From: Eledone cirrhosa
Taxonomy: Eukaryota
Assembly: GCA_964016885.1 (NCBI GenBank)
Contig: OZ024751.1
Coordinates: forward strand, 52,948,001 to 53,012,000
DNA: 64,000 bases
Direction of reading: 5' to 3'
Part shown: in pieces, positions 26,284-36,000 of the stretch
Layout: every line of letters starts with the position of its first letter
How positions within the stretch are numbered: position 1 is the first letter of the stretch
Program-made: the position numbers and the translations under genes
The notes under the pieces: model-generated
What the model saw: the letters and a program-made list of their open reading frames with translations, nothing else
Told to the model about the DNA's origin: nothing
Databases searched by the model: none

Positions 26284-29200
26284 TCATCATCATCATCATC
26301 AGCGTTTAACGTCCGTGTTCCACGCTTGCATGGGTTTGGACGGGGGTAGTCCCACTTGAGGCAAGAGTGATTGTCTTGCTCGCATAGGACTGTCTGGCAG
26401 GTTTTCTACAGTTGGATGCCCTTCCTAACACCAACCACATTTACAGTGTGGGTCTGGGAGGTTTTTACCGTGTTGCCTACACGGCCACATTACAGCGTGG
26501 ACTGTGTGTTTTTTTGTCGTGACACCTACACGATCTCATTTGTTTCGGCCTCGATGGCGCGGCACCAACATAACTTTACATAGAACGGGGTGGTGTGGAT
26601 CGGGTGGGGGTGGTGGGACGGGGTGTATTTGTTAGAGATGCCTACTGGCTGGAGTAGGTTTTACTATATATTTAGGTAAGGCGGGTCTTCTCTGTTACTG
26701 AGTACCGCCAAAGGTCTCGGTCCAGTGACATTGTCTTGGAGAGGTGTAAGTGTGTGATGTCGGAGTTTATCAGCTCGTCCCAGGTTTTTCTAGGTCTGCC
26801 TATTCCGTGACTACCGTCTATCTTTATTGCCCTGCACTTTGTTATACAGCTATCGACTTTCATGCGCATCACGTGTCCATACCAACGTAGCCTTCTCTCG
26901 AGTAAACAACATCTGATCCCTCTTATCTCTAATTTATTCCTTAGTTCGTTTATGCTTTGCCGTTCACGTATATTACTGTTACACATCCAGCGGAGCATGC
27001 AAGCTTCGTTCCTCTCTAGTCTGCGTATATCCTCTGCACACAATGCCCAGGTCTCACTGCCATGCAGCATTGCTGTTCGTATGCAGGCATCGTACAACCT
27101 GCCTTTCATTTTTAGTGAGAACCCTTTAGCAGCTAATAGTGGTATAAGCTCTCTGAACTTTTTCCAACCAGTTCTGACTCTAGCTACAGTACTTTCAGAG
27201 CACCCTCCCCCACTGCTGATTTTATCGCCCAGGTAACGGAAGCTGTCCACTATTTCTATAGAACCCTCTGCGCAATTGAAAGAGCTAGTAGTTTGTGGGC
27301 ACTTGCTGCTACTTATTGCACCAGAGCACCGGCCACATGTAAAATCTATGTTCTTAGTTAGCCTACCTGTGATCCCACTACATCTTTTATGCACCCATAC
27401 TTTGCATTTAGGACATAAAATGGAGTTTCTACCTACGCCTTTCCTACACACCGAGCACGACCATTTCCCAGAAGGGACCGCCGCCTTGTTTTCTTTCCTA
27501 CAAACTAGTACTTTGGTCTTAGCCAGGTTAATTTTAAGTCCTTTTGACTCTAGGCCGTGCTTCCATGTTTGGAATTTCTTCTCTAGCTCGGCCATTGATT
27601 CCGCTATGAGTGTCAGGTCGTCTGCGTATAGGAGTTCCCATGGGCAGCCTGTCTTGAACTCCTCTGTTATGGCCTGAAGGGCAATAATAAATAGTAGTGG
27701 ACTGAGAACAGAGCCCTGATGGACGCCGACTTTTACGCTAAACTCTTCACTATATTCGTTGTTAATTCTAACCTTGCTGACTGTTTCTTTATACATGGCT
27801 TGTATAGCCCTCACAAGCCATTCGTCAACGCCTAGTTTTCTAAGAGCCCACCAGATAATGGAGCGGGGGACTCTGTCGAAGGCTTTCTCCAAGTCGACAA
27901 AAGCTAAGTAGAGGGGTTTACCTTTAGCTAGGTACTTCTCTTGTAGTTGTCGTACTATGAAAAGAGCGTCTGTGGTACTTTTGCCTGACACAAACCCGAA
28001 CTGCATTTCATCTAGGTCAATTCTCTCTCTGATTAGTTGCGCTATTACTCTTTCCGTGACCTTCATGACCTGGTCGATTAATTTAATGCCTCTATAGTTA
28101 CTCCTATCTAGGGCGTCTCCTTTACCCTTATAACAGTTAACGATGATGCTGCTATGCCAGTCCTTCGGAACAACCCCGTTTTGTACGACTTGGTTAACTA
28201 TGCGGGTGACCATGGTGTGTCCCACCGTGCCAGATGCCTTCAGCATCTCAGCAACTATTTCCGAAGGCCCAGCCGCCTTACCAGTCTTCATATCCTTGAT
28301 TGCCTTACTTATTATACTCCCCTCGACTAACACTGCTGGTCCCTCTATTGGGTCGATATGGGGGAGACTGCCTTTCTCCCAATTATTCTCCTCATTTAGA
28401 AGCCTTTCATAGTGACACTTCCAAGCTACCTTCTTATCAGCGTCGGTGATGGCAAGTGTGCCATCGTCGTTTAGTACACACTTCTCCCCGACAATATCAC
28501 GGTTTTCCTTGACGCATTGCCTAGCAATCCTGAACACCTCACGTTTTTGGTCATCGCGTTGTAGAACATGCTTGAACTTTCTTTCCTCAGCTTCCCTTCT
28601 TGCTAAGTACACTTGTCTCCTAGCTTCCCTCCTGGCCACTTGATAGTCCTCTCTACTTCCCCCATCCCGCCATACTTTCCAAGCCTGCTTTTTGGCCTTA
28701 ATTGACCCCTCCACCTTACTGTTCCACCACCATGTTACTCTCCTCCTGCCTACAGGCCTGCTCCAGCCACAGACCTCGTCTGTCGCCAACAGCAGGTTTG
28801 CTTTCAGAAATTCCCACTCTCCCTCTATATTGTCCGACTCTAAATGTTCTTCCTTACTGTCGAAAGCATCAAGTAATATGCTTTGAAATTTATTCCTGGC
28901 TGTGGGGTCCTTTAACTTCCATATTTTCCTCCTGAGGATAGTCCTCTTCTGTTGTCGAGTACGTCTCGTCCTGACTATGAGGTCGCTAATTATCAGTCTA
29001 TGTTGGGAGGTGCATTCTTCATGGGGGAGGGATTTAGTGTTAACAACAGACACTCTGTCACGTCTTCTGGTAAGGATATAATCTACCTGGCTTGTGTGTT
29101 CCCCGGATCTATAGGTGATCAGGTGATTGTCACGTTTTTTGAAGTTAGTGTTACAGATAGTTAGGTTATTTGCATCACAGAATTCCAGGATTCTGGAGCC

Positions 29201-29506
29201 TTCCTCATTTCTAGTACCAAACCCATAGCCTCCATGGATTTCGTCGTAGCCGTCACAATGTTGTCCAACGTGACCATTTAGGTCGCCTGCGATAATTATA
29301 TAGTCACTGTCGGATATTTGGGAGGTAGTTAGCATCAGTGTCTCATAGAATCTGTCTTTTATAGTGCCGGGCAGTCCGGATTGGGGTGCGTACGCAGATA
29401 TTACTGTCACCGTAGTTCTATTGAGGACAAGTCGTATTTTAATTATTCTGTCGTTCACTCTATTTACGTCTATTATCTTATCTGCCCACTTTTCTGCTAC
29501 CATGAT
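26281..29506 (-). mobile_element. Young, 5'-truncated RTE-clade non-LTR retrotransposon, antisense in the intron, inserted in (TA)n
   Basis: Uninterrupted APE-RT ORF, ~390-bp 3' region ending in CCCATGCAAGCGTGGAACACGGACGTTAAACGC(TGA)n, and (TA)n on both sides. Confidence 0.93.
26672..29503 (-). CDS. LINE ORF: N-terminally truncated APE endonuclease + reverse transcriptase with an inserted C4HC3 zinc finger (943 aa)
   Basis: EN motifs ISAYAPQ, AGDLNGH, VDYIL, SQHRL. RT motifs NYRGIKL, QFGF, FVDLEKAFD, GVHQGSVLSPLLF, YADD, YLG. RTE-type C-terminus RRLRWYGHVMR..GRPRKTW. The ORF starts after the expected GVGI motif, so the first EN catalytic motifs are missing. Confidence 0.93.
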   Translation of the reverse strand: MVAEKWADKIIDVNRVNDRIIKIRLVLNRTTVTVISAYAPQSGLPGTIKDRFYETLMLTTSQISDSDYIIIAGDLNGHVGQHCDGYDEIHGGYGFGTRNEEGSRILEFCDANNLTICNTNFKKRDNHLITYRSGEHTSQVDYILTRRRDRVSVVNTKSLPHEECTSQHRLIISDLIVRTRRTRQQKRTILRRKIWKLKDPTARNKFQSILLDAFDSKEEHLESDNIEGEWEFLKANLLLATDEVCGWSRPVGRRRVTWWWNSKVEGSIKAKKQAWKVWRDGGSREDYQVARREARRQVYLARREAEERKFKHVLQRDDQKREVFRIARQCVKENRDIVGEKCVLNDDGTLAITDADKKVAWKCHYERLLNEENNWEKGSLPHIDPIEGPAVLVEGSIISKAIKDMKTGKAAGPSEIVAEMLKASGTVGHTMVTRIVNQVVQNGVVPKDWHSSIIVNCYKGKGDALDRSNYRGIKLIDQVMKVTERVIAQLIRERIDLDEMQFGFVSGKSTTDALFIVRQLQEKYLAKGKPLYLAFVDLEKAFDRVPRSIIWWALRKLGVDEWLVRAIQAMYKETVSKVRINNEYSEEFSVKVGVHQGSVLSPLLFIIALQAITEEFKTGCPWELLYADDLTLIAESMAELEKKFQTWKHGLESKGLKINLAKTKVLVCRKENKAAVPSGKWSCSVCRKGVGRNSILCPKCKVWVHKRCSGITGRLTKNIDFTCGRCSGAISSSKCPQTTSSFNCAEGSIEIVDSFRYLGDKISSGGGCSESTVARVRTGWKKFRELIPLLAAKGFSLKMKGRLYDACIRTAMLHGSETWALCAEDIRRLERNEACMLRWMCNSNIRERQSINELRNKLEIRGIRCCLLERRLRWYGHVMRMKVDSCITKCRAIKIDGSHGIGRPRKTWDELINSDITHLHLSKTMSLDRDLWRYSVTEKTRLT

Positions 29507-29553
29507 ATATATATATATGAGAGAGAAAGAGAGAGCTTGTGTATCTGGTTTAA

Positions 29554-29781
29554 CCCTTTAGCATTTAAACTGGCCGTATCCGACCAGAATTCTCTCACCT
29601 ATTTCTGTTCAAACTGGCCATAACTGACCATTCATACTGATGTTAAGATATTGTTCTCAAGATAAATAATTTCAGAATCTCATAGATTCGATATTATGTA
29701 AGATAATTATGTGAGATAAAGCCTTTATTGTGAAAATACAATAGTATATAGTATATATAGAGTAATGTAAATGCTAAAGGG
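29554..29781 (+). mobile_element. piggyBac-type MITE (228 bp)
   Basis: 14-bp perfect TIR CCCTTTAGCATTTA / TAAATGCTAAAGGG, flanked by TTAA at 29550-53 and 29782-85. No ORF. Confidence 0.9.
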
Positions 29782-30152
29782 TTAAAATAGGTACACAGTA
29801 TCCCTACATGTCATAAGAAGTGAGTAAAAGGGTTGGTGTCAGGAAGGGTGACCAGATGTAAAACATTTCTTCAAAAAATCCCCTTTAACCCATGCCCAGT
29901 CCTATTCTGCATATTATATGTGTTTCAGTGTGATACATTCAACAACCTTAACTATAGAACACAATTGATGGCATAATCATAATATTTAACCTAATGAAAC
30001 AGCAATGGTAGTTTCTCTGATTATGAAAGACAAACATCATATTATGAAAAATAGTTTTGAGACAATCCTGTTACAACTATTACTTTACTGTCTTGTGTTG
30101 ACCCAGAATTTGAAATGTTTGCTTAGAGGTTACAAAGATGTCTGTATATACT

Positions 30153-30205
<53 letters not shown>

Positions 30206-30225
30206 GTGTATGTGTGTATACTTAT

Positions 30226-30610
30226 CATCATTTTTTTTTTTCATCATCATCATTTTACGTCCGCTTTTCCCTGCTTGCAAGGGTGGGACGGGTCTTATTC
30301 AGCACAGCATCTCTCCACTCGTCACGGTCCCTCGTCATCTCCACCGTGAGCTTCAATGATCTGAGGTCTGTTCTCACCACCTCCGCCCATGTTTTTCGTG
30401 GTCTACCTCTACCACGTCTTCCTTCAACTGGCATTTCCTGGCACTTCTTCACCCATCGGTCATCCTCCATGCGCATCACATGTCCATACCACCTCAGTCT
30501 CCTCTCCCGTACACTACATTCTATCCCTCTCAGACACAGTTTCTCTCTCAACACATTTATGCTGGGTCGTTCACGCACATTTACACTGCACATCCAACGG
30601 AGCATGCTTA
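30226..30610 (-). mobile_element. Young 5'-truncated RTE LINE fragment of a second family, with a probable long TSD
   Basis: Open frame SMLRWMC..ERRLRWYGHVMRM..GRGRPRKTW..KRT* runs directly into the (TGA)n tail. The flanks repeat (TA)nTTT(G/C)TGTGTATGTGTGTATACTTAT at 30201-30225 and 30629-30653. Confidence 0.9.
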
Positions 30611-31494
30611 TATATATATATATATATATTTCTGTGTATGTGTGTATACTTATATATATATATATATGTTTCTGTGTATGAGTGTGTATGTATATGTATT
30701 TGTGTGTGTGTATATGTATACTTATATATATATATGTATTTGTGTATGTGTGTATGTATATATATATATGTATATATAAACGCATGCGCGCGCACACGCA
30801 CGCACACGTAGTCATATATTATACAGAGTGCTCTATATTTGCAAAAGATAAATGATAAATGGCAAGCAAATCCAGCTGTATTTCCTGTTCTGTTAAACAA
30901 GTCCACACAATCTATTGTTGTTGAATGTGAAAAGTGATCCTAACAAAATTCTCCATTTTGTTTTAATAACAAAGAGCCCAGTTTTGGGGACTTTTGACAT
31001 TAGGACATTAAACAACTTCAACACAACTTTGTAAGTTTGTAATTCAAAACAATTAGAAACAAACAATTGAAATAAAATGCTACAATCTGTATTTGCTCGG
31101 GAGTATAATGTAATCTGAAACATAATACAGGTCTCCCCCTCATTTTTTGTTGCTAAAGCTCATTTTTTTTTTTTTTTTTTTTTGTGGTGTAATTTTTTTG
31201 GTGGTTTAGTTGCTTCTAAGGAGTGTGGGAAGGTGTCATGGGGTCATGAAGCTGGTAATTTGTACCAAGGCTGGAGGTCAGTAGCAGTGACATGCTGTGG
31301 ATGTGGAGTGTGTCTATGACTCCATCAGTTCACCACCACTTTGGTCTTTTGCTGGTTCTGAAATTTGAGTACTTGGTGTTATGGGTTCACAAGACAAACT
31401 GGCTTTATTGGTATTGTTGTTAGGTGACCAAACTACATGATTTGTTATTGAGCTATTTAACTGGATGCTTTTTGTCATGACTGCTACTGTAAGC

Positions 31495-31678
31495 AAAAAG
31501 CACCCAGCACACACTGTAAATGTGGTTAGCATTTGGAAGGGCATCCAGCTATAAAAATCAAGCCAGAAACTGTTCTATATAAGCAAGACACGGTCACCTG
31601 ACCTAACTTGCCTCAAATGGGACAAGCTGTCTAACCCATGCTGGCATGGAAAGTGGATGTTAAATGATGATAATGATT
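31495..31678 (+). mobile_element. Non-coding element homologous to the 3' region of the large LINE
   Basis: Colinear with the reverse complement of ~26285-26470 (CCCAG..CACACTGTAAATGTGGTT..GGAAGGGCATCCA.CT..AGCAAGACA..CTTGCCTCAA.TGGGAC..AACCCATGC..TTAAA(TGA)n). Confidence 0.8.
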
Positions 31679-31765
31679 AGTATGACACCAACCAAAAATC
31701 TGATGTCTGTAGTTTCTCATTTGGTCCTTTCTGGTTTTGTCAGTTGCTTGCCAATGAGATATCTT

Positions 31766-31813
31766 AACTCACAACCTGTGAGATGAGACATCTCATCTCA
31801 CAGGTTGTGAGTT
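31766..31813. other. Perfect 23-bp inverted repeat with a 2-nt spacer
   Basis: AACTCACAACCTGTGAGATGAGA-CA-TCTCATCTCACAGGTTGTGAGTT. Confidence 0.95.
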
Positions 31814-31949
31814 TTCACTCCAAGGGGTTTGCTCAGAAACCAGGTCTATCACTGGAAAAGTGAGGTTGGAGATGAAGACTCTAGGTTGTCAGTAATATAA
31901 TTCATCATCTTATATAATGTGGTCCTCAAGTACAGATATAGTTATTTAA

Positions 31950-32168
31950 CCCTTTAACATTTACATTACTCTATATTTATAATTGTATTTTTGTGGTAAA
32001 GGTTTTATCTTACATAATTATCTCACATAATATCAAAATCTCATAGAATTGATATTATATTTTGAGAACAATACCTTAAAATAAGTATGAATGGCTGGTT
32101 GCGGCCAGTCTGAACAGAAAGAAGTGAGAGAGTTCTGGCCGGATATGGCCGGTTTAAATGCTAAAGGA
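31950..32168 (-). mobile_element. piggyBac-type MITE, second full copy, inverted relative to 29554-29781
   Basis: TTAA-CCCTTTAACATTTACAT...TTTAAATGCTAAAGGA-TTAA. The interior is the reverse-complement homolog of the first copy. Confidence 0.88.
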
Positions 32169-32390
32169 TTAACGAACAAAACAAACATACAATATAATAT
32201 CACTGGAAATTATAGAACATATAAAATACAAAACCCTAAAAAAAAGAACTAAAGCACAAACAATATGGTTCCTGCATCAAACCTCAGCCATCCTTCTTGA
32301 TTGACATTTTCATTGCTTGTAACTTTACATGTAGTGTTTGTTACAATATATCCATCAGGTCTTCCTCACATTCAGCCAGATGTTTTCTAG

Positions 32391-32449
32391 TTCTAAATAC
32401 TGAACCTGCTTCCCCATTAGATATTGTTTATGATAGCGAACCTCAAAAA
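32391..32449 (+). CDS. Probable small coding exon C ((V)LNTEPASPLDIVYDSEPQK)
   Basis: TGTTTTCTAG acceptor and AAA|GTTTGT donor. The phase-1 start fits the phase-1 end of exon B and gives an open Ser/Pro/Tyr-containing peptide. Splice sites are weak and there is no transcript evidence. Confidence 0.5.
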
Positions 32450-33012
32450 GTTTGTGTATATTTTGCACATATTTACAATCAAGTAATTGGCCCTATTATA
32501 ATGTTTTTCAATAGTTAATAATATAGTTATGTATTTATATACACATATTATCTTATATAGACAGACGTAGGCAAATTTGCATAATGTATGTATAAGGAGT
32601 GTAATTATCAACAGGTTTATATCAATATGTATGTAATTGTGTATGTATATGCATAAATCCTGTCTAAATCCTTGCGTTTATCACCAGTGAAACATGGCAG
32701 TGATGCTTTATCTCTGGGCCACAACTATTCATCTTTTGAAGGTCTTGTAATTCTGTTCCTTCTCCCAGTTTTCTTCTTCCAGATATATAAACAGGTGTAT
32801 TTGTCATTTTCTCCTGATTGGCTTTGGTCTTTCTCCCCATACCTTAATATTACCCTCTATCTCAACATAGACTAATGTTGCCCTCTATCTCAACATGCCC
32901 TAATGTTGGTCTCAACAACACTAAACTCCCCAGAGGTTGCATTGTTGTTCTTTTTAGCAAATTCTACAACTTTAATTTTATTTTACACCCAAAGAATATA
33001 TGGAATTATATT

Positions 33013-36000
33013 TCTGTCAACTAACATACACCAGTGATATAACTTCCACATCTAGCCTCCTTACTCTGTCAACTAACATACACCAGTGATATAACTTCCA
33101 CATCTAACCTTCTCCTTACTCTGTCAACTAACATACACCAGTGATATAACTTCCACATCTAATCTCCTTACTCTGTCAACTAACATACACCAGTGATATA
33201 ACTTCCACATCGAACCTCCTTACTCTGTCAACTAACATACACCAGTGATATAACTTCCGCATCTAACCTTCTCCTTACTCTGTCAACTAACATACACCAG
33301 TGATATAACTTCCACATCTAACCTCCTTACTCTGTCAACTAACATACACCAGTGATATAGCTTCCACATCTAACCATCTCCTTACTCTGTCAACTAACAT
33401 ACACCAGTGATATAACTTCCGCATCTAACCTTCTCCTTACTATGTCAACTAATATACACCAGTGATATAACTTCCACATCTAACCTCCGTACTCTGTCAA
33501 CTAACATACACCAGTGATATAACTGCCACATTTAACCTCCTTACTCTGTCAACATACACCACTGATATAACTTCCACATCTAACCTTCTCCTTACTCTGT
33601 CAACTAACATACACCAGTGATATAACTTCCACATCTAACCTCCTTACTCTATCAACTAACATACACCAGTGTTATAACTTCCACATCTAACCTTCTCCTT
33701 ACTCTGTCAACTAACATACACCAGTGATATAACTTCCACATCTAACCTCCTTACTCTGTCAACTAACATACACCAGTGTTATAACTTCCACATCTAACCT
33801 TCTCCTTACACTGTCAACTAACATACACCACTGATATAACTTCCACATCTAACCTTCTCCTTACTCTGTCAACTAACATACACCACTGATATAACTTCCA
33901 CATCTAACCTTCTCCTTACTCTGTCAACTAACATACACCAGTGATATAACTTCCACATCTAACCTCCTTACTCTGTCAACTAACATACACCACTGATATA
34001 ACTTCCACATCTAACCTTCTCCTTACTCTGTCAACTAACATACACCAGTGATATAACTTCCACATCTAACCTCCTTACTCTGTCAACTAACATACACCAG
34101 TGATATAACTGCCACATTTAACCTTCTTACTCTGTCAACTAACATAGACCAGTGATATAACTTCCACATCTAACCTCCTTACTCTGTCAACATACACCAC
34201 TGATATAACTTCCACATCTAACCTTCTCCTCACTCTGTTAACTAACATACAACAGTGATATAACTTCCACATCTAACCTTCTCCTTACTCTGTCAACTAA
34301 CATACACCACTGATATAACTTCCACATCTAACCTTCTCCTTACTCTGTCAACTAACATACACCAGTGATATAACTTCCACATCTAACCTTCTCATTACTC
34401 TGTCAACTAACATACACCACTGATATAACTTCCACATCTAACCTTCTCCTCACTCTGTTAACTAACATACAACAGTGATATAACTTCCACATCTAACCTT
34501 CTCCTTACTCTGTCAACTAACATACACCAGTGATGTAACTGCCACATTTAACCTTCCTACTCTGTCAACTAACATACACCAGTGATATAACTTCAACATC
34601 TAACCTTCTCCTTACTCGGTCAACTAACATACACCAGTGATATAACTTCCACATCTAACCTTCTTACTCTGTCAACTAACATACACCAGTGATATAAATT
34701 CCACATCTAACCTTCTCCTTACTCTGTCAACTAACATACACCAGTGATATAACTTCCACATCTAACCTCCTTACTCTGTCAACTAACATACACCAGTGAT
34801 ATAACTTCCACATCTGACCTCCTTACTCTGTCAACTAACATACACCAGCGAGATAACTTCCACATCTAACCATCTCCTTAAGCTGTCAACTAACATACAC
34901 CAGTGATATAACTTCCACATCTAACCTCCTTACTCTGTCAACTAACATACACCAGTGATATAGCTTCCACAGCTAACCTTCTCCTTACTCTGTTAACTAA
35001 CATACACCAGTGATATAACTTCCACATCTAACCTCCTTACTCTGTCATCTAACATACACCAGTGATGTAACTGCCACATTTAACCTTCTTACTCTGTCAA
35101 CTAACATACACCACTGATATAACTTCCACATCTAACCTTCTTACTCTGTCAACTAACATACACCACTGATCTAACTTCCACATCTAACCTCCTTACTCTG
35201 TCAACTAACATACACCAGTGATGTAACTGCCACATTTAACCTTCTTGCTCTGTCACCTAACATACACCAGTGATATAACTTCCACATCTAACCTTCTCCT
35301 TACTCTGTCAACTAACATACACCAGATATATAACTTCCACATCTAACCTCCTTACTCTGTCAACTAACATACACCACTGATATAACTTCCACATCTAACT
35401 TTCTCCTTACTCTGTCAACTAACATACACCAGTGATATAACTTCCACATCTAATCTTCTCCTTACTCTGTCAACTAACATGCACCAGTGATATAACTTCC
35501 ACATCTAACCTTCTTACTCTGTCAATTAACATACACCAGTGATATAATTTCCACATCTAACCTTCTTACTATATCAACTAACATACACCAATGATATAAC
35601 TTCTACATCTAACCTTCTCCTTACTCTGTCAACTAACATACACCAGTGATATAACTTCCACATCTAACTATCTCCTTACTCTGTCAACTAATATACACCA
35701 GTAATATAACTTCCGCATCTAACCTTCTTCTTACTCTGTCAACTAACATACACCAGTGATATAACTTCCACATCTAACCTCCTTACTCTGTCAAATAACA
35801 TACACCAGTGATATAACTTCCACATCTGACCTCCTTACTCTGTCAACTAACATACACCAGCGATATAACTTCCACATCTAACCATCTCCTTACTCTGTCA
35901 ACTAACATACACCAGTGATATAACTTCCACATCTAACCTTCTCCTTACTCTGTCAACTAACATACACCAGTGATATAACTTCCACATCTAACCTCCTTAC

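Noticed and set aside
29501-29503. ATG as the true start of an autonomous, active LINE
   Set aside because: It is an internal Met next to the (TA)n junction; the N-terminal endonuclease motifs and 5' UTR are absent, so this copy is 5'-truncated.
26862-29623. Short + strand ORFs overlapping the LINE
   Set aside because: Antisense shadows of the RT ORF with no motifs.
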